Part shown: in pieces, positions 7,801-15,819 of the stretch
Position numbering within the stretch: position 1 is the first letter of the stretch
How the letters are laid out: each line of letters starts with the position of its first letter
NCBI RefSeq assembly: GCF_051201565.1
Contig: NZ_CP179200.1
Location: forward strand, 870,001 to 902,000
DNA from: Pseudothioglobus sp. nBUS_23
Lineage (GTDB): Bacteria > Pseudomonadota > Gammaproteobacteria > PS1 > Pseudothioglobaceae
DNA: 32,000 bases
Reading direction: 5' to 3'
Translations under genes and position numbers: made by a program
Notes under the pieces: model-generated
Told to the model about the DNA's origin: nothing
The model's input: only the letters and a program-made list of their open reading frames with translations
The model's database searches: none

Positions 7801-7822
7801 GCGCCCTAGCAATCTAAGGCGC
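7801..7822 (-). terminator. hairpin between convergent genes, probable intrinsic terminator (better on minus strand)
   Basis: GCGCCCTAG / CTAAGGCGC forms a 9-bp stem with one mismatch and a 4-nt loop. On the minus strand it is followed by TTTTAATC. Confidence 0.4.
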
Positions 7823-7843
7823 ATGTGTTAAATCAATAAAGTT

Positions 7844-8089
7844 TTAGACATCCAATAGTCTGAGTGCTCCATTGAGTAGCTCTTCAGACATTCCGTGATC
7901 TCCAGAGTCATGTGCTTTAACGCCTTCCTCATGAAGCATGAGTGCAATACTGATTAATGTTGCATGTTCTGTCTGATCTAGCGCCGCAATTTTACTTTCA
8001 ACTTCTGACTTGAGCATTGGGCATGACCCTGCAAAGGCCATTGATGAAAACATTAAACTTATTAAAGCAACGGGTAATAATTTTTTCAT
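7844..8089 (-). CDS. small secreted protein, His/acidic-rich (possible periplasmic metal-binding protein)
   Basis: Signal peptide ending AFA|GSC, mature helical region with HEEGVKAHDSGDHGMSEE, and SD GAGGAT. No family recognised. Confidence 0.55.
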   Translation of the reverse strand: MKKLLPVALISLMFSSMAFAGSCPMLKSEVESKIAALDQTEHATLISIALMLHEEGVKAHDSGDHGMSEELLNGALRLLDV

Positions 8090-8243
8090 AACTTATCCTC
8101 AATCATTAAAAGAAACGCAATTCTACAATCAAGGTCATTTCATAAGATGAAGTTTAAAAGTTAATTAGACAAAGATTAGGTGAAGTTATCTAAGAATGTA
8201 AATATTATGTAGAATAACAATCTATTTATTAGAGGGGAAAATA

Positions 8244-8795
8244 ATGTCAGATAAACAAGTAAATGGAATTCTATTTATTATTGCAGGTCTTGGCTCACTA
8301 GTTGTGTATATGCTAATTGGTGAAACTGGCCTCTTAAGTAAAGCTCATACTGAAAAAATTGCAGCCTATACATTAGTGACTATTCCGCTGGCTTTTATGA
8401 TGACTAGAAATGTTTCTAGGAATGCTCATATAGATGCTGGACTACTTATGATGGTCGTTGGTCTCAGTATGGGGCTGGTTTCAGACGCCATCAATAGCGC
8501 CGAGATCAGTGCTGAATCTTCACTGATTGGTGGTGCGATTGCGTGGACGGGTTGGTCAATTATGTATCTTGGTTTCTCTGTAACTGGGCTGGGGTATTTA
8601 CGAACAGATCTTTTCCCTAACTGGCTATCTTGGGCCTTAATAGTTGCCTCCTTTGTTATGTTCGCATTTCTTGCTATTCTAAGTCCTGAGCAGCTAGAAA
8701 ACAGTGTCGACAACATTGTCGCACCTCTATGGATGCTCAATAGCTTAGTGCTTGTTATCATGGGGGTATTCACTATCAGAAGGACAGTTAGTTAA
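8244..8795 (+). CDS. hypothetical polytopic membrane protein (183 aa)
   Basis: SD GAGGGG with about 6 hydrophobic segments. The antisense ORF 8426..8773 was rejected. Confidence 0.6.
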   Translation: MSDKQVNGILFIIAGLGSLVVYMLIGETGLLSKAHTEKIAAYTLVTIPLAFMMTRNVSRNAHIDAGLLMMVVGLSMGLVSDAINSAEISAESSLIGGAIAWTGWSIMYLGFSVTGLGYLRTDLFPNWLSWALIVASFVMFAFLAILSPEQLENSVDNIVAPLWMLNSLVLVIMGVFTIRRTVS

Positions 8796-8905
8796 AGTAT
8801 TCATCACGACTTCGATTATAGTTTCAACTTGACCTTGCCTAGAGTGTGGGTATATACTGAGTTTGCAAAGTACTAAAAACTCTAATATATAAATAGGAGA
8901 AGATA

Positions 8906-9166
8906 ATGAATACTATGGTTATGATTGAAATCAGTAATGGTACGTTCGATGAATGGAAGAAGGGCTTTGATGCCTTAGAGGAACAGAGATTGCAATTCTC
9001 TAAAGATGCTAAGGTAGGAAAAGTAGATGAGCATACCGCTATCGTTGTTGTTGATGTGTTTGATCCAGCCGGCATGATGGCTATGTTTAACTCGGACGCG
9101 GCTAAAAAAATGGCAGAAGAGATGGGCGTTGTCAGATCACCTTATAAGCTTCAAGCAATGGGTTAG
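8906..9166 (+). CDS. small soluble protein (86 aa), distant paralogue of 10658..10915; possibly DUF3764-like / small alpha+beta protein
   Basis: Strong SD AGGAGA. It aligns collinearly and without gaps with the 85-aa ORF at 10658..10915 (shared GT..(D/E)...F.A...F..D..G...D..M...S...V..Y.L..M). Family assignment is from memory only. Confidence 0.6.
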   Translation: MNTMVMIEISNGTFDEWKKGFDALEEQRLQFSKDAKVGKVDEHTAIVVVDVFDPAGMMAMFNSDAAKKMAEEMGVVRSPYKLQAMG

Positions 9167-9191
9167 AGCGAGACTTATTCTTTCTTGACTC

Positions 9192-10259
9192 TTAGGTAAA
9201 GCCCCATTTTTCAATGTACTGAATAAACTTTTCTGAAAGGCCTTCGCTTTTTAAATAGTTCTCAGTGACAGGAATTTCAGCGGGTAAGAAACTTGGATTC
9301 GCTTCATATAACTTTGGGAAGTTATGGTTTAACATGGCAGCTCTTCCGAGCATAATCCAGTCGACACCTTCCGCCAAAGTTTTCTCAGCGTCTTGAGGGG
9401 TTTTTATGGCTCCAGCAACGCCTAGGCGAGTATTACCTCTCTTAAGTTCTGTGAAATAAGAGATTAATTTCTTGCCCTTAAATTCCTCTTCCTCTGGCTC
9501 TTTAAAGACGTCCCAAAGAGACATATCTAAAAAGTCAATCTTGTTTGAGGTCATGAGCTCTTCAGCAAGCAAGGTAATCTCTTCAAGCTTTAATCCAAAT
9601 CTTTCTGGAGAAAGCCGAACTCCAACAATGAAGTCTTTGTGACATTTTTCCCTGATGCCATCGATAATTTCATAGAGGAGTCTGGATCGATTACTCAAAG
9701 TTTGCCCATACTGGTCATCGCGCCTATTAATTTCTGCGCTTAAAAATTGCGCCAAGATGTATCCGTGAGCACCGTGAAGCTCAACGCCATCAAATCCTGC
9801 CTCTTCGGATCGGATCGCTGCTCTAATGAAGTCATCTCTGAGAATCTCAACCTCATCAATTGAAAGTCCTCTAGCACCAAATTTTTCATTGTTAGAAGGG
9901 CAAACAGGTCTTTGTCCAATCAGTTCTTCAGGGGATCTCATGCCAGCGTGATGTAATTGACAGATAGAAACGCTGCCATTTGCATTAATTTCCGAAGATA
10001 GACGCTTTAGGCCTTCGAGGTGGTCATCAGAGTAAACACCTAGCTGCCCTGGAAACCCTTTACCAATATCCTGAACATGTGACGCACAGGTCATGGTCAG
10101 TCCAAAGCCACCTTCTGCGCGCATGGTAAGCCATCTATACTCTTCATCAGAGAGCTTTCCGTCCTCAAAGCTCTGAGTATTGGTCAGAGGTGCAAGCATG
10201 AAGCGATTCTTAAGGGATGGGCCTCTAGTTAAGTTTAAAGGGGATAGTAGACTACTCAT
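9192..10259 (-). CDS. NADH:flavin oxidoreductase, Old Yellow Enzyme family
   Basis: MAPLT near the N-terminus, QLHHAG and HGAHGYILAQFLS motifs, and a TIM-barrel length of 355 aa. Confidence 0.9.
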   Translation of the reverse strand: MSSLLSPLNLTRGPSLKNRFMLAPLTNTQSFEDGKLSDEEYRWLTMRAEGGFGLTMTCASHVQDIGKGFPGQLGVYSDDHLEGLKRLSSEINANGSVSICQLHHAGMRSPEELIGQRPVCPSNNEKFGARGLSIDEVEILRDDFIRAAIRSEEAGFDGVELHGAHGYILAQFLSAEINRRDDQYGQTLSNRSRLLYEIIDGIREKCHKDFIVGVRLSPERFGLKLEEITLLAEELMTSNKIDFLDMSLWDVFKEPEEEEFKGKKLISYFTELKRGNTRLGVAGAIKTPQDAEKTLAEGVDWIMLGRAAMLNHNFPKLYEANPSFLPAEIPVTENYLKSEGLSEKFIQYIEKWGFT

Positions 10260-10286
10260 CGCAACACTTAAATTAAAAAATAGAAA

Positions 10287-10658
10287 TTATAGTTCGATTT
10301 CTGTTAACTCGTGCTCTCTATCCAAAAACTTATACTCAACTTTTACAGGACCAAACTGCTTAATTTCCTCAAAGATAACCTCAGTCTTAAGGTCGCCACA
10401 GGTGTAAACATCAAGCTGCATAAGCCCTGGATCTGATTCATCCCAGCAATGAAGCGCAATGTGTGACGTTTCAATAATAACTAACCCAGTTAAGCCTCTG
10501 TTCCCCGGCATATCCAGATAAGTTGTAATGGGGCCTTGACATATTTGCATACCAATTTTAGAGACCAGGTCTGTCAGCCAGGTGTGTGCCCATTTCTGAT
10601 CAGTAGGAGGTTTATTTACTTCAGCCCTGACGATGAGGTGTTTATGCTGGACTGTCAT
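10287..10658 (-). CDS. S-adenosylmethionine decarboxylase-like pyruvoyl proenzyme (class 1, SpeD/SpeH fold); substrate uncertain
   Basis: GLVIIETSHIALHCWDE...LDVYTCG matches the AdoMet_dc self-processing core (..ESH...H.W.E...D..TCG), but with Thr-Ser instead of Glu-Ser. 123 aa. The ATG overlaps the upstream stop (TAATG). Confidence 0.8.
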   Translation of the reverse strand: MTVQHKHLIVRAEVNKPPTDQKWAHTWLTDLVSKIGMQICQGPITTYLDMPGNRGLTGLVIIETSHIALHCWDESDPGLMQLDVYTCGDLKTEVIFEEIKQFGPVKVEYKFLDREHELTEIEL

Positions 10659-10915
10659 TAATTCATTTGATCAAGAGCATAGATTTCGTCCACGCAATTA
10701 AACTTTTCGTCCCATGCTTGCATTTCCTCTGAGCCCATAACTTCCTGCATTTTAGTCATATCAGTAATGTGCATCATGAGCATGACCTTGCCTTCTCTGA
10801 TAACGCCTAGCTCATAATCCTGCATAAAGCCCTGACCCTTTTCTTTGGTTGCATTAAACATGTCCATGTAGTCCTCAGTCGTACCTTCAAAGGTAGATAC
10901 AATGCATACGTTCAT
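10658..10915 (-). CDS. small soluble protein (85 aa), paralogue of 8906..9166
   Basis: SD GAGGAG. Translationally coupled to the AdoMetDC-like gene through a 1-nt overlap. Paralogy as described for 8906..9166. Confidence 0.6.
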   Translation of the reverse strand: MNVCIVSTFEGTTEDYMDMFNATKEKGQGFMQDYELGVIREGKVMLMMHITDMTKMQEVMGSEEMQAWDEKFNCVDEIYALDQMN

Positions 10916-10992
10916 ATATAACTCCTCTTCTTATTAAAACTATCATGATACTACGATTTATATTTTTCAATTAAAGTAAAATATTGTTGTTT

Positions 10993-11997
10993 ATGAATTC
11001 ACTACTTCTTAACTTACAGAATCGACTCTCTGTCCTTTCTCCTGGCCTCATTGTAGTCGGCACTATAGCTGCAGCTGCAGGGTTTCTGAGTCTTCATTAC
11101 AAAGCTCCAGTGATGCTGTTTGCGCTCCTTATAGGGATAGCCTTTAATTTTCTCTCAACAGACGAGAGATGCGCTCCTGGAATTGAGTTTTCAAGTAAGA
11201 AGATACTTCGTTTTGGAGTTGCCCTGTTAGGCTTTAGGGTAACGATAGAGCAAATTTCAGGTCTTGGGACTAACACCTTGCTGTTTGTTCCAATTTTGGT
11301 TATTTTATCCATTGGAACAAGCGTTCTAATTGCTAAGCTGATGGGAAGAAGATATCTGTTTAGTCTCTTAACAGCCTGTGCAGTTTCTATTTGCGGTGCT
11401 GCTGCGGCTCTTGCGGTAGCTTCAGTACTTCCTAACTGGAAGGAAAGGCATCGTGACACGCTGTTTATTGTTGTATGTGTGACTGCTTTGTCAACCATCG
11501 CCATGATTGCATATCCCATACTTTTTTCAGTTGCAGAGTTCAATGATGCTGAGATTGGCATCCTTATAGGTTCAACAATCCATGACGTTGCTCAGGTGGT
11601 TGGTGCTGGCTACGCTGTCTCAAACGAGACTGGTGATATTGCAACTTTTATCAAGCTTTTAAGGATTTCTATGCTGCCAATCATCGTCATCATGATTGCA
11701 GTTATCCTGAATAGGGGAGAGTCCAAATCAATCAGCCCAAAAGCGTTTCCGTGGTTTGCATTAGCGTTCGCGGTCTGTTTGGTTGTCAACAGTAGCGGAT
11801 ATATACCTGCGCTGTTATCACAGTTTTTAGCAAACGTATCTCAATGGTCACTTGTTTTTGCTATAGCTGGCTTGGGAGTGACAACATCACTCAAATCTAT
11901 GATGGAGCTCGGTGGACGATCAATCGCTCTCCTTGTGCTTCAAACCTTAGCCTTACTAGTGATTGCAATTCTAGCAGTGTCAACTGAATTCATTTAG
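10993..11997 (+). CDS. YeiH/UPF0324 family inner-membrane protein (putative sulfate-exporter-family transporter)
   Basis: About 10 TM segments, length near 335 aa, and sequence character typical of YeiH-family proteins. The ORF track starts at TTG 10984; ATG 10993 is preferred. Confidence 0.75.
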   Translation: MNSLLLNLQNRLSVLSPGLIVVGTIAAAAGFLSLHYKAPVMLFALLIGIAFNFLSTDERCAPGIEFSSKKILRFGVALLGFRVTIEQISGLGTNTLLFVPILVILSIGTSVLIAKLMGRRYLFSLLTACAVSICGAAAALAVASVLPNWKERHRDTLFIVVCVTALSTIAMIAYPILFSVAEFNDAEIGILIGSTIHDVAQVVGAGYAVSNETGDIATFIKLLRISMLPIIVIMIAVILNRGESKSISPKAFPWFALAFAVCLVVNSSGYIPALLSQFLANVSQWSLVFAIAGLGVTTSLKSMMELGGRSIALLVLQTLALLVIAILAVSTEFI

Positions 11998-12011
11998 ACC
12001 TCAAGTTTGAA

Positions 12012-12017
12012 TATAAT
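12012..12017 (+). promoter_or_regulatory. -10 hexamer TATAAT 6 nt before ATG 12024 (leaderless-type)
   Basis: TTTGAA TATAAT TTAGGG ATG. The weak -35 is TTCATT at 17-nt spacing. Confidence 0.35.
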
Positions 12018-12023
12018 TTAGGG

Positions 12024-12257
12024 ATGGATAAGTTACTCAGCGAAAAACAGGTTGCTGACATTGTTGGCTTTAAAAGGACAAAGCTGTATCAGATGATTAA
12101 GAAGGGGGACTTTCCAGCACCCAAAAAATATGGAAGAGCGAATAGGTGGTTTGAAAGTGATATTGAGGATTGGTTGAAAAAAGAGAAAGAAGAGCTTCAT
12201 AAGGATGATGGTATTTTTTCTGAAATTGGAAAGTTTTTTGATGATTTATTGTCTTAA
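12024..12257 (+). CDS. AlpA-family (prophage CP4-57-type) helix-turn-helix regulator
   Basis: LLSEKQVADIVGFKRTKLYQMIKKGDFPAPKKYGRANRWFESDIEDWL matches the Phage_AlpA consensus, including the G.FP and RW...D...W positions. Confidence 0.8.
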   Translation: MDKLLSEKQVADIVGFKRTKLYQMIKKGDFPAPKKYGRANRWFESDIEDWLKKEKEELHKDDGIFSEIGKFFDDLLS

Positions 12258-12275
12258 TTCTCTCAATAAATATCA

Positions 12276-12605
12276 ATGAGTTACTTCATTAAAGTGTCCC
12301 CATTACTTCGAGACTTGATCAAAGAGATAGAAGAAAGTAGTTCAGATGACTTGTCATACGAATTATGGCGGGATGTATGTATTCATGATGGCTGGGTTGA
12401 GGTTAATGTTCAGCAAGATGATTGGGTTGACAGTATTAAAGATGATACTAAAAGAGAACTCATTATGGCCTATAACAGCCTCAATCAAGACCTTAAATGG
12501 AATACTAAAAAAAAGGAAAAGAGGCTCTTCAGAAAAGGTGATGAAGTGATTTCTTTTGAAAAAGACTTGGAAGGTTACTGGGAATACTTACGTCAGAATA
12601 AATAA
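12276..12605 (+). CDS. hypothetical protein (109 aa, acidic, Trp-rich)
   Basis: ORF track. It lies 18 nt downstream of the AlpA-like gene. No motif recognised. Confidence 0.5.
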   Translation: MSYFIKVSPLLRDLIKEIEESSSDDLSYELWRDVCIHDGWVEVNVQQDDWVDSIKDDTKRELIMAYNSLNQDLKWNTKKKEKRLFRKGDEVISFEKDLEGYWEYLRQNK

Positions 12606-12634
12606 CTTAAGCTTTATCTAATTTATTTCCTTAA

Positions 12635-12662
12635 TTGAAAGTCGAGATATTTGAGCTATAAT
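12635..12662 (+). promoter_or_regulatory. sigma70-type promoter TTGAAA-N16-TATAAT
   Basis: TTGAAA (12635-12640) and TATAAT (12657-12662), 31 nt upstream of ATG 12694, which has SD AAGGGG. Confidence 0.5.
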
Positions 12663-12693
12663 TAAATTTCATTTATAACTAAAGGGGAATTTT

Positions 12694-12975
12694 ATGTCAG
12701 TAGCAAGAATTACAACGGTGACTTTTAACTCTCAAGAGGCAGCAGAAGTTGCGTCTGCTTCTTATGTAGAGAATTCACCAAGCGATTTTCCAGAGGCTCA
12801 GCAGCTTTTGGGCGTTAAAGCAGAGGGAAATAAGCTCGTGGCAGTGACTTTGTATGCAGACCAAGAGGCAATGGAAAGGGCTTCAGCTTCAAGAAAAAAA
12901 GTCTTAGATGCAAATAAAGACGTGCTTTCAGTGGATACCATGGTCGGCTCTGTAGAAATAAATCATACCCAATGA
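12694..12975 (+). CDS. small soluble protein (93 aa), possibly ABM/dimeric alpha-beta-barrel-like
   Basis: Good SD and its own promoter. The beta-alpha-beta-like pattern (ITTVTF...EAA...LVAVTLYADQEAMERA) suggests this fold; the call is tentative. Confidence 0.55.
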   Translation: MSVARITTVTFNSQEAAEVASASYVENSPSDFPEAQQLLGVKAEGNKLVAVTLYADQEAMERASASRKKVLDANKDVLSVDTMVGSVEINHTQ

Positions 12976-12988
12976 GCTAGATATTACC

Positions 12989-13765
12989 TTAGCGCATGCC
13001 TCGGTGCTTTTTGATGACTTCATAAGCACTAATGATTTCTTGCGTTTTTTCGTTGGCTAGCTTCTGCATCTCTTCAGGCAGTCCCTTGGCAACGAGTTTA
13101 TCAGGGTGATGCTGAGCCAATAAGCGCCTGTAGGCTCGCTTAATCTCTTTATCATCGAGAGATTCTTCTGCCCCTAATATCTTGTAGGCATCCTCAACAG
13201 AGGTCTGCTTGGAGCCGCTTTTTGAGGCAGCAAACTGTTGAATCAAATTTTCTAACTCGTGAATAGGGAAGTGCAGTTTTTGAGCGATAGCTTTGAGCGC
13301 ATTGTGCTCACTATTATCAAAAATTCCATCGGCATAAGCTGCTTGGATCTGAATTTCTAAAAACATACGAATTAAGTGCGTTCTTCTGTGCGTTTCAACA
13401 CGAAACTGCTCCAGCACTTCGTCTAATTTAAAGTCGGCTTGCTTTCCTTGATTAAAGAGGTCTTTAGCAACTTGAATCATCTCTTCAGACAATTGCATAT
13501 GCTGCATGACTTGCTGAGCTAATACAATCTCAGATTTCGAAACCTTGCCATCCACTTTGGAGATATAGCCCATAACCGAGAATACACCGCTAAAGAAAGC
13601 TGCCTGGACTCGCTGCTGATTGCCTGGACTAAAGTTGGCATTAAAGCCGGAGTTTGACCTTCTTTTAGAAAAATTACCTGCAAAAGCAACGCCCAGCATT
13701 GCCCCCAAAGGACCTCCAATCATGAAGCCTAATGCACCACCAATAACTGTTGACCACCAGCTCAT
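12989..13765 (-). CDS. djlA: co-chaperone DjlA (N-terminal TM, TerB-like middle domain, C-terminal J domain)
   Basis: Gly-rich TM at the N-terminus, a central tellurite-resistance-TerB-like region, and a C-terminal J domain DAYKILGAEESLDDKEIKRAYRRLLAQHHPDK with the HPD motif. Confidence 0.85.
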   Translation of the reverse strand: MSWWSTVIGGALGFMIGGPLGAMLGVAFAGNFSKRRSNSGFNANFSPGNQQRVQAAFFSGVFSVMGYISKVDGKVSKSEIVLAQQVMQHMQLSEEMIQVAKDLFNQGKQADFKLDEVLEQFRVETHRRTHLIRMFLEIQIQAAYADGIFDNSEHNALKAIAQKLHFPIHELENLIQQFAASKSGSKQTSVEDAYKILGAEESLDDKEIKRAYRRLLAQHHPDKLVAKGLPEEMQKLANEKTQEIISAYEVIKKHRGMR

Positions 13766-13866
13766 ATCAATTTACTTAATATCTAAAATACATATTATAT
13801 CTCTACTAGATAGGGTGAGACTTTAACTCTTCAAGGGAAGGCTATAATTTTATCTATACTTAAATA

Positions 13867-13890
13867 AGCCACTAATCATTCTTAGTGGCT
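13867..13890 (-). terminator. perfect 9-bp hairpin downstream of 13929..14123, possible intrinsic terminator
   Basis: AGCCACTAA-N6-TTAGTGGCT. On the minus strand it is followed by TATTTAAG, a weak U-tract. Confidence 0.35.
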
Positions 13891-13928
13891 AGTTCTTTCT
13901 AATTCAGCTGCAAAAAGAGCAATTTCAT

Positions 13929-14123
13929 CTAAATGTAATTAGATTCATAGTGCTGCTCTCTGTCAAGCTTAAGCATCCCTGCAGTTTCATCCATAAATCG
14001 GTTTCTATCTTCTCTGGTTTTAAATACCCAAATGCATACAGTGTCGTTACTATGATAGATAGCCTTTAGTTCATCATCAATGTCACAAATCTCTTGGGGA
14101 ATCTCGGCTTTAATGCAGTACAT
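13929..14123 (-). CDS. hypothetical small protein (64 aa)
   Basis: ORF track only. No SD and no recognised motif. Confidence 0.4.
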   Translation of the reverse strand: MYCIKAEIPQEICDIDDELKAIYHSNDTVCIWVFKTREDRNRFMDETAGMLKLDREQHYESNYI

Positions 14124-14199
14124 ATTTAGATGATAATCAATTTATAAATATGAGTGTGAGTATAAAATACATTTTGAATCTATTTGTGTTGTTTTTGTA

Positions 14200-14823
14200 T
14201 TGCCTGTGAAGAATTTAGAAGAGCGTAATTTTGAAATTTCAATCGAACCATACATCGGAGATCTTAGCATTGTTTCAGATTACCTTGATGGCTTTAAATT
14301 TCAGACATTAACGCAGATTGCACCTTACAAAAATAATAACATTTGGACTGCCCTATCACTCCATGGCTTTGGCCAGGAGCCTTCAGATATTTTTAAGCCC
14401 GGATTTGTTAACGAAGATATACAGATTGATCATGAATTGCAGTGGACGACTTTGTGCAATGATCCGGTAATGAAGTCTATCCGAGAAATTATTTTTAAAT
14501 TACCATGTAAGTTTGAGAGGATACGATTTATGAAGCTTGCAGCAGGTAAGTCACTCCGTAAACACAATGACAATATTGATCCAGATATCGAAAACAAAAA
14601 AATAGTCAGAATCCACATTCCACTTCGTACGAATAAAGATGTAGTTTTTACAATGTATGAAAACGATGACGATGATGATGGAGAAAAACTTAATCTAAAA
14701 ACAGGGCATTTCTATTATTTAGATGTCACTAAGCCACACTCGGTCAGCAATAACAGCACTATAGATCGTTACCATCTCGTTGTCGACTGCTATGTAAATG
14801 AAGAATTAAAAGCGATTCTCTAG
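14200..14823 (+). CDS. aspartyl/asparaginyl beta-hydroxylase family (cupin-type Fe(II)/2OG oxygenase)
   Basis: KHNDN...RIHIPL...KPHSVSN...RYHLVVD matches the HxD / R.H.PL / H..N...R.HL..D pattern of the Asp_Arg_Hydrox family. The start is uncertain (TTG 14200 or GTG 14206; no in-frame ATG near the N-terminus). Confidence 0.7.
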   Translation: MPVKNLEERNFEISIEPYIGDLSIVSDYLDGFKFQTLTQIAPYKNNNIWTALSLHGFGQEPSDIFKPGFVNEDIQIDHELQWTTLCNDPVMKSIREIIFKLPCKFERIRFMKLAAGKSLRKHNDNIDPDIENKKIVRIHIPLRTNKDVVFTMYENDDDDDGEKLNLKTGHFYYLDVTKPHSVSNNSTIDRYHLVVDCYVNEELKAIL

Positions 14824-15263
14824 CTCTCTGGAATAAAGGGCCTAATTGTTTGTTGAACATAGTCATCCGGTAAATTTGCACTCTTTATCCCAATGTTGAT
14901 TCTTTCAATGTACTCCTCTTGAGGAATCCCTGGAGTGCTATCAGAGGCAATATATACCAGGCAATCGATAGTGCCTTTTGAGGTTTCAACACTCAAATTA
15001 GTCTTTAAGTACATGCCTTCTTCGACGCTTTCATAGATATCCAAATAGTCAACATCTTGCTGACTCAAAGTAAATATTTCTCCAAGGACAAAATCACTTT
15101 CAGAGGGCTTGATGCTTGCATATCCTCTTGCATTGATCAGCCATGAGTAGCCAGACAGGGTTCCTGAGGCGTAATACTTTGATTCCGGACAGCGAATCGC
15201 CATCTGCTCCTTTGAGAGGTTTGACCCATATCCAAAATAGTATAGAGTTTGTTCAGTCATCAT
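14820..15263 (-). CDS. gamma-glutamylcyclotransferase (GGCT/AIG2-like) family protein
   Basis: N-terminal YYFGYGSNL motif and a downstream VLGEIF with a candidate catalytic Glu. The stop overlaps the convergent gene's stop (CTAG at 14820-14823). Confidence 0.75.
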   Translation of the reverse strand: MMTEQTLYYFGYGSNLSKEQMAIRCPESKYYASGTLSGYSWLINARGYASIKPSESDFVLGEIFTLSQQDVDYLDIYESVEEGMYLKTNLSVETSKGTIDCLVYIASDSTPGIPQEEYIERINIGIKSANLPDDYVQQTIRPFIPES

Positions 15264-15266
15264 TAT

Positions 15267-15458
15267 TTAAAAGTTGGGTATGGACTCAACACCTTGATTG
15301 ATTAAACTTTGTATATGATCAGCTTTTTTTCTATACAAGTCAGACTGCTTGTGATCATCATTAAAGTCGGATTCATACTGTAAGTCTCTGAGACGTTTAA
15401 GTTCTGAGTGACAATCAACAACTCTGTTATCCATTAAGCTCTCTGACAACGTCACCAT
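15267..15458 (-). CDS. hypothetical small helical protein (55-63 aa)
   Basis: ORF track. A more plausible start is ATG 15434, which overlaps the upstream stop by 8 nt (ATGGATAA). It ends 3 nt before the GGCT-like ATG. Confidence 0.4.
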   Translation of the reverse strand: MVTLSESLMDNRVVDCHSELKRLRDLQYESDFNDDHKQSDLYRKKADHIQSLINQGVESIPNF

Positions 15459-15813
15459 TTTTTAATTCAAACTCTGAAGCTTTGATGCCGTTTTCATAAA
15501 AAACTGATTTCCCATTGAGTTCACCGTTTTTGTACTCTTGCTCTGATTCAATTTGTCCATTTTCATCCCACGCAGTTTGGATGCCTTCAGCTTTACCATT
15601 AATATAAAAGCCCTCAGATGCTTTTTGCCCATTGTCATACCAGTAGGTTAAAGAGCCTTCCAGGTTGTCGTCTTTATAAAAGCCCTGTGATGCTTTTTGT
15701 CCGTTCGCGTAATAATAGGTTTCAGAGCCACTTTTCAAGCCATTTAAATAGTTGGTTTGAAGAGTCATTCCGTTATCTAATAGTTCAGTATTTAATCCAT
15801 TTTTTTTGCTCAT
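15427..15813 (-). CDS. MORN-repeat-variant (MORN_2 / YwqK-like) protein
   Basis: About five tandem ~23-aa repeats of the Y..NGQK...G.Y..G..EG type. The repeats are also visible as repeated DNA (gatgctttttg..c.tt). Confidence 0.75.
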   Translation of the reverse strand: MSKKNGLNTELLDNGMTLQTNYLNGLKSGSETYYYANGQKASQGFYKDDNLEGSLTYWYDNGQKASEGFYINGKAEGIQTAWDENGQIESEQEYKNGELNGKSVFYENGIKASEFELKNGDVVRELNG

Positions 15814-15819
15814 AAAGGC

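Noticed and set aside
8839-9075. 78-aa minus-strand ORF overlapping 8906..9166
   Set aside because: The plus-strand ORF has a strong SD and a paralogue in the window. The minus-strand ORF has neither.
11097-11561. 154-aa minus-strand ORF
   Set aside because: It is fully embedded antisense in the YeiH-family gene, with no RBS and no motif.
14655-14680. GAT/GAC run encoding NDDDDDGE in the beta-hydroxylase-like gene, as a possible slippage or repeat element
   Set aside because: It is a short in-frame acidic loop within an otherwise intact domain, with no sign of a frameshift or tandem expansion.
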